Positions 43,021 to 52,425 of a stretch of 64,000 nt of DNA are shown here, piece after piece (positions within the stretch are counted from its first letter, which is position 1; each line of letters begins with the position of its first letter). A program made the position numbers and the translations under genes. Origin of the DNA: Escherichia phage vB_EcoM_SQ17. The notes below the pieces were generated by a model that had not been told where the DNA came from, did not search any database, and saw only the letters and a list, made by a program, of their open reading frames with translations. The DNA lies in sequence record MW882907. One strand, written 5' to 3'.

Positions 43021-44304
43021 ATGAGTAAAATCCAAAAATTATTGCGTGAATCTACAACGTCTATTAGCAACTCAATTGGTCGCCCAAATCTCGTTGCTTT
43101 GACTCGCGCTACGACTAAATTAATATATTCTGACATTGTAGCAACACAAAGAACTAATCAACCTGTTGCTGCTTTTTATGGTATCAAATATCTTAACCCA
43201 GGCAATGAATTTACATTTAAAACTGGTGCTACTTATGCTGGCGAAGTTGGATATGTAGACCGAGAAAAAATTACTGAACTCACAGAAGAATCAAAAGTCA
43301 CACTAAATAAAGGCGATTTTTTCAAATATAATAATATCGTCTATAAAGTGTTAGAAGATACACCGTTTGCAGATATTCAAGAAAGTGATCTAGAATTAGC
43401 TCTTCAGATTGCGGTCGTTCATTTAAAGGTACGGTTATTTTCAGATGCAGCGGTAACAAGCAAATTTGAAAGCTCTGATAGCGAAATTTCTGATGCAAGA
43501 TTCCAGATTAATAAATGGCAAACTTCAGTCAAATCTCGTAAACTTAAAACCGGCCTCACGGTTGAATTAGCGCAAGATTTGGAAGCGAATGGATTTGATG
43601 CCCCTAACTTCTTAGAAGATTTGCTTGCTACTGAAATGGCTGATGAAATTAATAAAGATATTCTTCAGTCTTTAATTACTGTATCGAAACGTTATAAAGT
43701 TACTGGAATTACTGACACCGGATTTATTGACTTGAGCTATGCATCTGCTCCAGAAGCAGGTCGTTCATTATATCGAATGGTGTGTGAAATGGTATCACAC
43801 ATTCAAAAAGAGACAACTTATACTGCAACGTTTTGTGTAGCCTCAGCTCGTGCAGCTGCTATTCTTGCTGCTTCCGGTTGGTTAAAACATAAGCCAGAAG
43901 ATGACAAGTATCTTTCACAAAATGCTTATGGATTCTTGGCAAATGGATTACCTCTTTACTGCGATACCAACAGTCCGTTAGATTATGTTATTGTGGGTGT
44001 TGTAGAAAATATCGGCGAAAAAGAAATTGTAGGGTCCATCTTTTACGCTCCATACACTGAAGGAGTAGATTTAGATGACCCGGAACATGTTGGTGCATTT
44101 AAAGTTGTAGTTGATCCAGAAAGCTTGCAACCGTCTATCGGATTATTGGTTAGATATGCTTTATCAGCAAATCCTTACACAGTAGCAAAAGATGAAAAAG
44201 AAGCGAGAATAATTGATGGCGGGGACATGGATAAAATGGCAGGACGTTCAGACTTGTCTGTTTTACTCGGTGTTAAATTGCCAAAAATCATCGTTGATGA
44301 ATAA
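43021..44304 (+). CDS. 24: capsid vertex protein gp24
   Basis: 427 aa, paralogous to gp23, synteny. Confidence 0.9.
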   Translation: MSKIQKLLRESTTSISNSIGRPNLVALTRATTKLIYSDIVATQRTNQPVAAFYGIKYLNPGNEFTFKTGATYAGEVGYVDREKITELTEESKVTLNKGDFFKYNNIVYKVLEDTPFADIQESDLELALQIAVVHLKVRLFSDAAVTSKFESSDSEISDARFQINKWQTSVKSRKLKTGLTVELAQDLEANGFDAPNFLEDLLATEMADEINKDILQSLITVSKRYKVTGITDTGFIDLSYASAPEAGRSLYRMVCEMVSHIQKETTYTATFCVASARAAAILAASGWLKHKPEDDKYLSQNAYGFLANGLPLYCDTNSPLDYVIVGVVENIGEKEIVGSIFYAPYTEGVDLDDPEHVGAFKVVVDPESLQPSIGLLVRYALSANPYTVAKDEKEARIIDGGDMDKMAGRSDLSVLLGVKLPKIIVDE

Positions 44305-44309
44305 AAAAA

Positions 44310-44325
44310 GGGACCTTACGGTCCC
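44310..44325. terminator. bidirectional hairpin GGGACC-TTAC-GGTCCC with flanking A and T runs
   Basis: between convergent genes 24 and rnlB. Confidence 0.65.
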
Positions 44326-44333
44326 TTTTTTCG

Positions 44334-45332
44334 TTATGATACTAATTCAATCCATGCAGGACGCAGAACATCTTGCACCATTCGGACTAATTCTTTCTTA
44401 ACAAGATTCGGATTATCAGATGATGTTAATACAATACCTTCGCGAGAAGTTTCTTCCAGAATATCTTGAACAGTTAATCCCATCACTTTGCCAAAATCTT
44501 TTGGTGTTACAGTCCCAATCTTAGAAATCACATTATTAACACGATTTAATGTAACATAACAAGCTAGAACATCAAGCAAGTTTTTGTCAATTTCGGTTAA
44601 TGGAACCTGAGTTTTAATAGGCTTATCAGACTTTTTCTTTTCACTGAATTTAGAGTTCTTGCACTTAATAGCTACACGAGTACCGTTTGGCAGCCATTTA
44701 GGGAAACAAGGCTTCAGAACATAACCTTCTGCTGTATTATCGCCAATAACATTAGCATCAAATACACAATTATTTGCTTCTACAAGGTCTTCTGACGCAG
44801 TAGCATTATAAGCGGCTAAGACCGAATCAAGGTCATTTGGAATCATGATAAGAGAATCAAATGTTCCACGACCAAGCATTGGCGCCATTTTAAAACCGAA
44901 TTCATTACAGAAATCTTGCATTTCGTAATCGGTCAAATACGTATTATCACCACTTTCTGTATTGATAAGGATATCGAACACATAAAAATCTTTTTCACCG
45001 TAGTCAACACCTTTCTGGATTCCACCACCAGCGAATTCACCAAATACTTGATATGATACTGCTCTAGCTTCGTGCATTAATTCCTGAACGGCTTTAATAG
45101 CTTTATCATACTTCTTGAGTACGATTTCATAGCCGTAAAAATCTTCTGCTGGAAGAATAGGGCCTGTGCGCTTGGCGCATGTGACGTTGTCACGTTCAAT
45201 TATTAACGAGAAGTTGGTCCCGTGGATTTTCTCACGTGCTACCCAAACACCAGTAGTCAAACCATTAGTGTAGAGGTTTTCAATAAACTTAGAGTTGTAG
45301 TGGTTTTCAAGACTGCTGTATTTCTTAAACAT
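44334..45332 (-). CDS. rnlB: RNA ligase 2
   Basis: [18 protein letters not shown]...[15 protein letters not shown]...[18 protein letters not shown]...RPAWIELVS near-identical to T4 Rnl2 from memory. Confidence 0.95.
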   Translation of the reverse strand: MFKKYSSLENHYNSKFIENLYTNGLTTGVWVAREKIHGTNFSLIIERDNVTCAKRTGPILPAEDFYGYEIVLKKYDKAIKAVQELMHEARAVSYQVFGEFAGGGIQKGVDYGEKDFYVFDILINTESGDNTYLTDYEMQDFCNEFGFKMAPMLGRGTFDSLIMIPNDLDSVLAAYNATASEDLVEANNCVFDANVIGDNTAEGYVLKPCFPKWLPNGTRVAIKCKNSKFSEKKKSDKPIKTQVPLTEIDKNLLDVLACYVTLNRVNNVISKIGTVTPKDFGKVMGLTVQDILEETSREGIVLTSSDNPNLVKKELVRMVQDVLRPAWIELVS

Positions 45333-45369
45333 AAATCACCATTATAAATAATAATATCAAAATAATTAG

Positions 45370-45386
45370 CAGAGACTCTGTCTCTG
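45370..45386 (-). other. hairpin CAGAGAC-TCT-GTCTCTG in rnlB leader
   Basis: perfect 7-bp inverted repeat between middle promoter and rnlB start. Confidence 0.4.
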
Positions 45387-45423
45387 ACCGGATGTTTAAT
45401 TTGAATGGATAGAACCTAGATTC

Positions 45424-45449
45424 ATTATACCATCAAAAAATGTAAAGCA
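45424..45449 (-). promoter_or_regulatory. middle promoter (MotA box TGCTTTA, 13 nt, TATAAT)
   Basis: minus-strand aTGCTTTAc ... TATAAT upstream of rnlB. Confidence 0.55.
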
Positions 45450-45451
45450 TA

Positions 45452-45703
45452 CTAGAACTTGATTTCTATCCAGTGCCCATCACGCTGGTCGTGATTAATT
45501 TTGTACTGAAAGCCGTTATCACGGAACCACTGGCCGATTTGCTCGGTGATAGTTAAATCATTCTTTGACGGATAGTATGTAAATTGTGTCTGGCCTTTGT
45601 CAGCGGCTTTCTCTGCCATCACAGAGAAGTTAGTAATAAAATCTTTCAACAAATTGGCTTTAGTGGCCAGGGCCCTTTCTCTTAATTCCTGTGCAAAACT
45701 CAT
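45452..45703 (-). CDS. hypothetical protein (24.2-like position)
   Basis: 83-aa ORF, synteny. Confidence 0.5.
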   Translation of the reverse strand: MSFAQELRERALATKANLLKDFITNFSVMAEKAADKGQTQFTYYPSKNDLTITEQIGQWFRDNGFQYKINHDQRDGHWIEIKF

Positions 45704-45900
45704 TTCTTCACCTTTTTGTTAATCAAACGTTTACGGTATACAACTTTTTCTTTTGCTTTAAACTTTGACCGAGCTGTCTCGGCTTTAGTCCATAGTAATC
45801 CAACTTCTTTAGGTTGTAAACCGATTTTTTGAGCAATTTCTACGAATGAAAATCCCGCCTCATGTAATGTATAAACTTCAACTTCAGCTCTCATAATCAA
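45700..45900 (-). CDS. small basic protein with helix-turn-helix-like segment (24.3-like position)
   Basis: 66 aa; FSFVEIAQKIGLQPKEVGLLWTKA resembles a sigma-4/LuxR-type HTH; lysine-rich tail. Confidence 0.45.
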   Translation of the reverse strand: MIMRAEVEVYTLHEAGFSFVEIAQKIGLQPKEVGLLWTKAETARSKFKAKEKVVYRKRLINKKVKK

Positions 45901-45972
45901 TCCCGTATTATTTGGTTTGTGCCATTATACATCAATCTCAAGATGTGTTTGTATGCTTTAAAAACGAAGAAA

Positions 45973-45986
45973 GGGGCCGAAGCCCC
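45973..45986 (-). terminator. hairpin GGGGC-CGAA-GCCCC after hoc
   Basis: GC hairpin followed by T-rich tract on minus strand. Confidence 0.5.
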
Positions 45987-45992
45987 TTACGA

Positions 45993-47123
45993 TTATGGAT
46001 AGGTATAGATGATACCAGTTTCCAAAGCAGTTTTATGGATGATGTATCCATTACGTGATTCTTGAACATCAACTTCCGGATAATCTTGCATCATCTTCTG
46101 AAGAGTGTAACGATGCAGGTAATATTTACTATCCGGGTCGTCAGTTTTCCAATCTTTACCTTCTTCGGCCATTTTTTGGATTTCATCCATAACCCACCAA
46201 CCGCACCAGATATAAGCTGAAGTACGATGTGGAAGAGGATGAACATAAGGTAGTTCACCTTCTGGTTCTGGAGCAACTTTATCAGTCACTTGAACTTGAC
46301 CTTCTGCTGTAATAGTTTTGCTATCGTAATCAGTTGCAGTAATAGTTGCAGTCACTTCAATAGTTTGACTTCCAATAGATGATGTATCAACGGTGTATAC
46401 GTTAGTTGACCCTTCTACAGGAGAAGAATCTTTCTTCCATGAATATTCGATTTGCGCTTCTTCAGGAGCATCAGTTACATTAGCAGTAAATGTAGCCGAA
46501 GCATCTTGCTGAACGTTAATAGAAGGAGGAGTCAATGTAACCTGTGGATTCATTGTCTTCTTATTAACCGTTAATGATACTTCATTCGAAGTAACTTCCT
46601 TTGCATCATAATCTGTTGCGGTTACTTGGGCTACACATTTAATTCTTTTTACACCACTTGTAGTTGGAGTATAGCTAAATGTAGAGTTAGTTTCTCCACC
46701 AACCTGTGAATCATCTACATACCACTGATACGTAGCAGACGCTCCAGCTGGTTGAGAAGCTAAGGCAGCAGTAAATTGAACTGGGGTTCCAATTACTCCA
46801 GCTGAAGGACTATTAGGAGTTACTGCCAACGTAGTTGTCTGAGTTTTATTTTTAACCGTGATAGTCGTAGTAATTTCTGCTGTTTCAGCGTCAGTATCAG
46901 GAATAGTATTTGTTGCAACGACTTTAATTGTTTTTGTTCCAGCAGGTCCTTTTAACACATAATCAAAAGTTTCTGCCGATCCTACTTGAGGAGCACCGTC
47001 TACACTCCATGCATAGGTAATAGTTCCACCTCCAGTTTCACCACTGGGAGTAGCAGTAAACTGCTTAGTCTCATCTATAACTCCAGTAGGTGTTTTAGGA
47101 GTTATATCAACTGTAAAAGCCAT
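45993..47123 (-). CDS. hoc: highly immunogenic outer capsid protein
   Basis: 376 aa with repeated Ig-like segments, MAFTVDITPKTPTG..., synteny. Confidence 0.9.
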   Translation of the reverse strand: MAFTVDITPKTPTGVIDETKQFTATPSGETGGGTITYAWSVDGAPQVGSAETFDYVLKGPAGTKTIKVVATNTIPDTDAETAEITTTITVKNKTQTTTLAVTPNSPSAGVIGTPVQFTAALASQPAGASATYQWYVDDSQVGGETNSTFSYTPTTSGVKRIKCVAQVTATDYDAKEVTSNEVSLTVNKKTMNPQVTLTPPSINVQQDASATFTANVTDAPEEAQIEYSWKKDSSPVEGSTNVYTVDTSSIGSQTIEVTATITATDYDSKTITAEGQVQVTDKVAPEPEGELPYVHPLPHRTSAYIWCGWWVMDEIQKMAEEGKDWKTDDPDSKYYLHRYTLQKMMQDYPEVDVQESRNGYIIHKTALETGIIYTYP

Positions 47124-47132
47124 AAGTTATCC

Positions 47133-47801
47133 TTATTTTAATGTTACGAAAGAAGAATTACGAGATTCACGAATTAGAACTGATCCATCGCGATTAATAT
47201 AATAAATTAAGCTAAATAATGTTTGGTGAGCAGAAGCATGCACAAAACTAGTTGGGCGAGATTTCCAATCAGGCGTTTCGGCTATCCATTGATAAATCCA
47301 CCAAGGAACAGTAACATATCCTGGGGCTTTGCCTAATTTAATGAGTGTAGGACTAAAATTTTCAGGCAGAACAAAGTTTACTTCTTTATTTACATCTGCC
47401 TCAGGCTCTTTTTCGGATTCAACAATCTGAGTAATTGCTTCTTCGAATTTATCATGGTCGAATTCTTTTTCTTGTTCGACAACTTCTAATACTTCAACTT
47501 GTTCTGTTGGAGAATCAAACAACAGAATAGCTTCTTCTTTAACTTCTTCGTTGGTGAAATTAACACCGTCTACATCATCTGCGGCAGTAATTAAATCGGT
47601 GATAGATAATCCATCAGTTTCAGGTAATGGTTCATCAGCCAGTGCGTTAAGAGCTTCTTCGATATCAATAACAATATTATCGAATGATTTTGTTTTCTTA
47701 ACACTAATGCCAAATTGTTCCGCATATTCAAACAGTTTAGCTTTGGCTTCCTTTTTATCAGAAAGAGCACGTAACTCTTCAATATAGTCTTTATCGATCA
47801 T
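47133..47801 (-). CDS. inh: inhibitor of prohead protease
   Basis: 222 aa acidic protein, synteny after hoc. Confidence 0.8.
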   Translation of the reverse strand: MIDKDYIEELRALSDKKEAKAKLFEYAEQFGISVKKTKSFDNIVIDIEEALNALADEPLPETDGLSITDLITAADDVDGVNFTNEEVKEEAILLFDSPTEQVEVLEVVEQEKEFDHDKFEEAITQIVESEKEPEADVNKEVNFVLPENFSPTLIKLGKAPGYVTVPWWIYQWIAETPDWKSRPTSFVHASAHQTLFSLIYYINRDGSVLIRESRNSSFVTLK

Positions 47802-47814
47802 GGTATTTCCTCAT

Positions 47815-47822
47815 TATAAATA
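47815..47822 (+). promoter_or_regulatory. late promoter TATAAATA (uvsW)
   Basis: exact TATAAATA ~30 nt before uvsW start. Confidence 0.6.
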
Positions 47823-47851
47823 TAACTATATTTATTACATGGTAATTTGAC

Positions 47852-49366
47852 ATGACTGACATTAAAGTACATTTTTATGATTTTAGTCACGTGCGCATTG
47901 AATGCGACGAAAGTACGTTTTACGAACTTCGTGACTTTTTTAGTTTTGAAGCTGACGGGTATAAATTTAACCCAAAATATCGCTATGGGCAATGGGATGG
48001 TAGAATTCGACTTTTAGATTATAACCGTTTGTTACCATATGGACTTGTAGGACAAATAAAAAAGTTCTGTAACAATATGAGTTATTCTGTATGGATTGAC
48101 CCTAAAATCTTTGAGACAGAAGACCTTACCAGGGAAGATTTTGACGCGTGGCTTTCTAAACAAGAAATTTATTCGGGCAATTCCAAAATCGAACCACATT
48201 GGTATCAAAAAGATGCAGTATACGAAGGACTAGTTAATCGTCGTCGAATTTTAAACCTTCCGACATCAGCAGGTAAATCACTAATCCAAGCACTTTTAGC
48301 TCGATATTATCTAGAGAACTATGAAGGTAAAATTCTCATTATCGTCCCTACAACAGCATTGACAACCCAGATGGCTAATGATTTTGTTGATTATCGCTTG
48401 TTTAGTCATTCGATGATTAAGAAAATTGGCGGTGGTGCTGATAAAGCAGACAGAGCTAAAAACGACGCTCCAATTATTGTTGGCACATGGCAAACGGTAG
48501 TTAAGCAGCCTAAAGAATGGTTCTCTCAGTTCGGTATGATGATGAATGATGAATGCCACTTAGCAACAGGCAAAAGTATTTCTTCAATCATCTCAGGATT
48601 AAATAATTGCATGTTTAAATTCGGTTTATCTGGCTCATTAAGAGATGGAAAAGCCAATGTAATGCAGTACGTAGGTATGTTCGGCGAAATCTTCCGTCCT
48701 GTTAGCACGTCTAAATTAATGGAAGACGGACAGGTAACTGAGCTTAAGATTAATAGTATTTTCCTTCGTTATCCAGACGAATTCACTGTTAAATTAAAAG
48801 GTAAAACATACCAAGAAGAAGTTAAAATTATTACCGGACTAAAACGACGTACAAAGTGGATTGCTCAACTTTCAGTCAAATTGGCTAAGAAAGACGAGAA
48901 CGCCTTTGTAATGTTTAAACACGTTACACACGGTAAAGAAATATTTGAAGCTATTAAAGAGCTTGGATACGAAAAAGTTTATTACGTATCAGGTGAAGTT
49001 GATACTGAAACACGTAACGCGCTTAAAGTCATGGCAGAAAATGGTAAAGGCATTATTATTGTCGCATCATATGGAGTATTCTCTACTGGTATTTCAGTCA
49101 AGAATCTTCATCATGTTATTTTTGCCCATGGTGTTAAATCAAAAATTATAGTACTTCAAACCGTAGGTCGCGTGCTTCGTAAGCATGGTTCTAAAGCTGT
49201 TGCTACAGTTTGGGATCTCATCGATGACGCAGGTGTAAAACCTAAATCATTAAATACTAAAAAGAAGTATACTCATCTTAATTACTTGTTAAAACACGGT
49301 ATTGATCGTATCCAACGTTACGCTGATGAGAAATTTAACTATGTAATGAAAACAATTAATTTATAA
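47852..49366 (+). CDS. uvsW: DNA/RNA helicase UvsW (SF2)
   Basis: 504 aa; Walker A PTSAGKS, DECH box (MMNDECHLA), synteny. Confidence 0.9.
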   Translation: MTDIKVHFYDFSHVRIECDESTFYELRDFFSFEADGYKFNPKYRYGQWDGRIRLLDYNRLLPYGLVGQIKKFCNNMSYSVWIDPKIFETEDLTREDFDAWLSKQEIYSGNSKIEPHWYQKDAVYEGLVNRRRILNLPTSAGKSLIQALLARYYLENYEGKILIIVPTTALTTQMANDFVDYRLFSHSMIKKIGGGADKADRAKNDAPIIVGTWQTVVKQPKEWFSQFGMMMNDECHLATGKSISSIISGLNNCMFKFGLSGSLRDGKANVMQYVGMFGEIFRPVSTSKLMEDGQVTELKINSIFLRYPDEFTVKLKGKTYQEEVKIITGLKRRTKWIAQLSVKLAKKDENAFVMFKHVTHGKEIFEAIKELGYEKVYYVSGEVDTETRNALKVMAENGKGIIIVASYGVFSTGISVKNLHHVIFAHGVKSKIIVLQTVGRVLRKHGSKAVATVWDLIDDAGVKPKSLNTKKKYTHLNYLLKHGIDRIQRYADEKFNYVMKTINL

Positions 49367-49378
49367 GGGCTTCGGCCC
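49367..49378 (+). terminator. hairpin GGGC-TTCG-GCCC
   Basis: immediately after uvsW stop. Confidence 0.4.
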
Positions 49379-49391
49379 TTAGGAGATAAAA

Positions 49392-49625
49392 ATGGTACTT
49401 GAATTTAAACAATTTTTATACGAAGCATCTATTGACGAATTCATGGGTAAAATTGCTAGTTGTCATACCTTAGAAGGGCTTGAAGAATTGGAAGCTTATT
49501 ATAAGAAACGTATAAAAGAAACGGAATTAAAAGATACAGATGATATTTCTGTCAGGGATGCCTTAGCAGGTAAGCGTGCCGAACTTGAAGGCGACGATGA
49601 TGAGGATGAGGAAGAAGACTTCTAA
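49392..49625 (+). CDS. uvsW.1: UvsW.1
   Basis: 77 aa with acidic C-terminus, synteny. Confidence 0.7.
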   Translation: MVLEFKQFLYEASIDEFMGKIASCHTLEGLEELEAYYKKRIKETELKDTDDISVRDALAGKRAELEGDDDEDEEEDF

Positions 49626-49682
49626 TTAAAAAAAGGCCCGACCTTTTTGGAAGGGCCAAAACCATAGGCAAAAAAGGTAACA

Positions 49683-49850
49683 CTATAGTAAAAGTTGGGT
49701 TTCGTTCAATTGCTCTTCTGAACTTTCTGAAACCGGCATTTGTTGGACATAGTTATAACAAGGGCCAGGATGTGCTGGTCCTTTGTCTGTTTCAACAACC
49801 AATGCAGAATCGATTGGAGTTTTACAGACAACACAAATCTTATCTGACAT
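49683..49850 (-). CDS. small Cys-containing protein (not in ORF track, 55 aa)
   Basis: GGAGG RBS 8 nt before ATG; MSDKICVVCKTPIDS...HPGPCYNY; below the 60-aa track cutoff. Confidence 0.35.
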   Translation of the reverse strand: MSDKICVVCKTPIDSALVVETDKGPAHPGPCYNYVQQMPVSESSEEQLNETQLLL

Positions 49851-49882
49851 GATTGCCTCCTAAGTTGAAATTACATATCTAT

Positions 49883-50107
49883 TTATACAACTCGCATGCA
49901 CATATCGATACCCATATCTTTTGTATAAAAATACTCGTCGATGTACCCAGCAAACTTCCCTTTAATATAAAGGACGTCTTCGCCACAAGGGTGGTCTGCC
50001 AGGATACGAATATCCTGACGACGTAGACGATACTTTTCCATTAAGAATTTAATTTCAGTTTCAAATTCTTCATCATTATTAAAGGCATCTTCAATCGAAT
50101 AACGCAT
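49883..50107 (-). CDS. uvsY.-2: UvsY.-2-like small protein
   Basis: 74 aa, directly downstream of uvsY with stop/start overlap. Confidence 0.6.
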   Translation of the reverse strand: MRYSIEDAFNNDEEFETEIKFLMEKYRLRRQDIRILADHPCGEDVLYIKGKFAGYIDEYFYTKDMGIDMCMRVV

Positions 50108-50520
50108 TATTGCCCCGCTTCAAATTCTCGCATATCCTGGATATGTTTAAGTGCAAAACTACGAGACTTAACTGCGTCAAGTGCACCACTACAGAACTCA
50201 AGTAAAATTCCCCAGTATTGTAAAGTAGTCTCTATTTTAAGCACATCTTTATCTGCAGCCAGGACAGTTTTCATTTCAGATTTCTCGTATCGGTCCATAC
50301 TGAATTCATCACCGTCACCTCGTCCCGAGTAGTAGTCTAATCTTGCTTTTAGAGCAGTTTTCTTCTGAGTCTCTATACGCAACATTTCTTTACGAATAAA
50401 TGAGTGCTTACGTAGCCATTTGCTGTATAACTTAACATTATTCGCCGTCTCATATTGCAACTTTGTCATATCAATAGCTAAGTCTGCGTCTAACTCTTCC
50501 TGTAAATCTTCCAGCTTCAT
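50107..50520 (-). CDS. uvsY: recombination mediator UvsY
   Basis: Internal Met MKLEDLQEEL...RLDYYSGRGDGDEFSMDRYEKSEMKTV... matches T4 UvsY (137 aa); track ORF over-extended. Confidence 0.9.
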   Translation of the reverse strand: MKLEDLQEELDADLAIDMTKLQYETANNVKLYSKWLRKHSFIRKEMLRIETQKKTALKARLDYYSGRGDGDEFSMDRYEKSEMKTVLAADKDVLKIETTLQYWGILLEFCSGALDAVKSRSFALKHIQDMREFEAGQ

Positions 50521-50575
50521 AATGTTCTCTCTTTTAACTAATAATCTCCCGGCTGTATCGGAAGGACCTAAAACC

Positions 50576-50600
50576 ATTATACATAGGTTGCCTTGAAGCA
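50576..50600 (-). promoter_or_regulatory. middle promoter (MotA box TGCTTCA, 12 nt, TATAAT) upstream of uvsY
   Basis: textbook MotA-box/-10 arrangement overlapping the 3' end of gene 25. Confidence 0.6.
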
Positions 50601-50999
50601 TTACACTCTATTGCTTGACGCTAACTGAAGTTTAATTTGTTCAATATCGTCAGGGTTGTCTACGACCGAAAATCTAATCTCTACTATAACCGTATAGTCA
50701 TCATATACTGGCGTTACACTTACAGAAAGTTTGTCGATGCGTGGCTCATAGTTACGAACAGCTGCCTGGATATTACGCTCAATCGTATCGGCTGTAAGTG
50801 GTGTCATGTTCTCGAAAAGTTCGTCGACCAAATCGCATCCAAATTCAGGGTCGAAGGGGCGTGAGCCTTTTCTAGTTGTCACTATGCCAAGAAGACTATT
50901 TTTAATAGAACGAAGTCCTACAGAACGAGCAACGTCCTTGTTCCAATCCATACGCATTTCTGGGTCGATATCTGAATAAAGTTTATTGATATTAGACAT
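50601..50999 (-). CDS. 25: baseplate wedge protein gp25
   Basis: 132 aa, MSNINKLYSDIDPEMRMDWNKDVARSVG... matches T4 gp25. Confidence 0.95.
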   Translation of the reverse strand: MSNINKLYSDIDPEMRMDWNKDVARSVGLRSIKNSLLGIVTTRKGSRPFDPEFGCDLVDELFENMTPLTADTIERNIQAAVRNYEPRIDKLSVSVTPVYDDYTVIVEIRFSVVDNPDDIEQIKLQLASSNRV

Positions 51000-51625
51000 T
51001 ATAGTAACTCAAAGAATTCTTTGAGGCCTCGTATTGTGTGAACGTGTGACGCCCCACATTTGGGACATTTAATAGGGGTTGCCAGATAAATTGATGGCGA
51101 TACTAAAAGATTTTTAATATTGATCATGTCATCTTCTGTTATAAGGCCGTAAAGGTCGTTTATTTCTGCTTCAGTTAAATCTTCAACAGGGATGGACTCT
51201 CCATTGACAAAAACGGCCTCAATACATGAAGCAATCATTAATGCGATATTTTTATCGTCAAATAATTTAGGTTGACGGAACTTAATTTTAATACCGCTGA
51301 ACGAATACCAGGGATCGGCCTGTTCATCTAATTGAGTGTGCAATAAATTCATATAGACTTGAAATGAATGCCCACAGGAACAATTCCAGGTGTGTTCTTG
51401 ATTCACTTCACCTAATGAATGTGCCCACAGATTTACCAACAATAACTCGGCTTCTTGTTTAGTCAAGTTTTTAGCGTTAGAGCAATTAGTGATAATGTTG
51501 TTCACTGCTGATTCAATAGTACCGGTAGCCCGCGCACCAATGAGTCCTAAATATTCTTTTAAAGTAAAGGCTCTACAATTCACTTCTTTATCGCCTAAAC
51601 GTACGGTAAACGTATATTTGTACAT
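50999..51625 (-). CDS. 26: baseplate hub protein gp26
   Basis: 208 aa, synteny. Confidence 0.9.
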   Translation of the reverse strand: MYKYTFTVRLGDKEVNCRAFTLKEYLGLIGARATGTIESAVNNIITNCSNAKNLTKQEAELLLVNLWAHSLGEVNQEHTWNCSCGHSFQVYMNLLHTQLDEQADPWYSFSGIKIKFRQPKLFDDKNIALMIASCIEAVFVNGESIPVEDLTEAEINDLYGLITEDDMINIKNLLVSPSIYLATPIKCPKCGASHVHTIRGLKEFFELL

Positions 51626-51643
51626 GTTAACTCCTTTATTGTG

Positions 51644-51655
51644 TATTTATAAATA
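51644..51655. promoter_or_regulatory. overlapping divergent late promoters (TATTTATAAATA) for genes 26 and 51
   Basis: palindromic sequence reads TATAAATA on both strands. Confidence 0.55.
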
Positions 51656-51672
51656 ATAGAAAAGGAGTAATT

Positions 51673-52425
51673 ATGGCTAATATAATTCGTTGTAAATTAC
51701 CGGATGGTGTTCATCGTTTTAAGCCGTTCACTGTGGCGGATTATAGAGACTTTTTACTAGTTAGAAATGATATCGAACATCGTTCGCCACAAGAACAAAA
51801 AGAAATAATTGCCGATCTGATTGATGATTATTTTGGCGAGTACCCTAAAACATGGCAACCATTTATATTCCTGCAAGTTTTTGCAGGCTCTATAGGCAAA
51901 ACAAAAGTTCCTGTTATTTTCACTTGCCCTAAATGCTCTAAAGAAAAAACTGCACCATTTGAGATATATCAAAAAGAACTAGTCGAACCTGAACTTGATG
52001 TTGCTGGTATAAAAATACGTTTTTCTTTCCCTGAAAAGTTTTATGACAATAAAGCATTAATGATAAGTGAAAACATAAAAGAAATATATTATAATGATGA
52101 ATGGTACCCATGGAATGATTTGACTGAAGAGAACCAAATCCAAGTAATAGAAGCAATAGACATTGACTCACTCGAAAAGGTTATTGCTTCTATGAACCCT
52201 ATTAATTTGACCCTTAGATTAGGTTGTTGTGAACGTCATGTTAAAACATATACTGATATATTAGAGGTTTTTAAATTGTTAGTTAACCCTGATGAGATTT
52301 TTACATTCTATCAGATAAACCATTCACTAGTAAAGAGTCAATACACATTGGATTCTATTATGCAAATGATTCCTGTTGAACGTGGTATTGCTTTAACATT
52401 AGTAGAAAAGGACCATAAAAAATGA
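51673..52425 (+). CDS. 51: baseplate hub assembly protein gp51
   Basis: 250 aa, synteny. Confidence 0.85.
   Translation: MANIIRCKLPDGVHRFKPFTVADYRDFLLVRNDIEHRSPQEQKEIIADLIDDYFGEYPKTWQPFIFLQVFAGSIGKTKVPVIFTCPKCSKEKTAPFEIYQKELVEPELDVAGIKIRFSFPEKFYDNKALMISENIKEIYYNDEWYPWNDLTEENQIQVIEAIDIDSLEKVIASMNPINLTLRLGCCERHVKTYTDILEVFKLLVNPDEIFTFYQINHSLVKSQYTLDSIMQMIPVERGIALTLVEKDHKK

Noticed and set aside
45901-45992. Plus-strand TGCTTTA (MotA-box-like) sequence near 45954
   Set aside because: No plus-strand gene downstream and no correctly spaced -10 element; likely chance occurrence.
42651-47852. segD and segE homing endonuclease genes expected between 23/24 and inh/uvsW
   Set aside because: Neither is present; the 23/24 locus has an unrelated 93-aa ORF and inh abuts uvsW directly.
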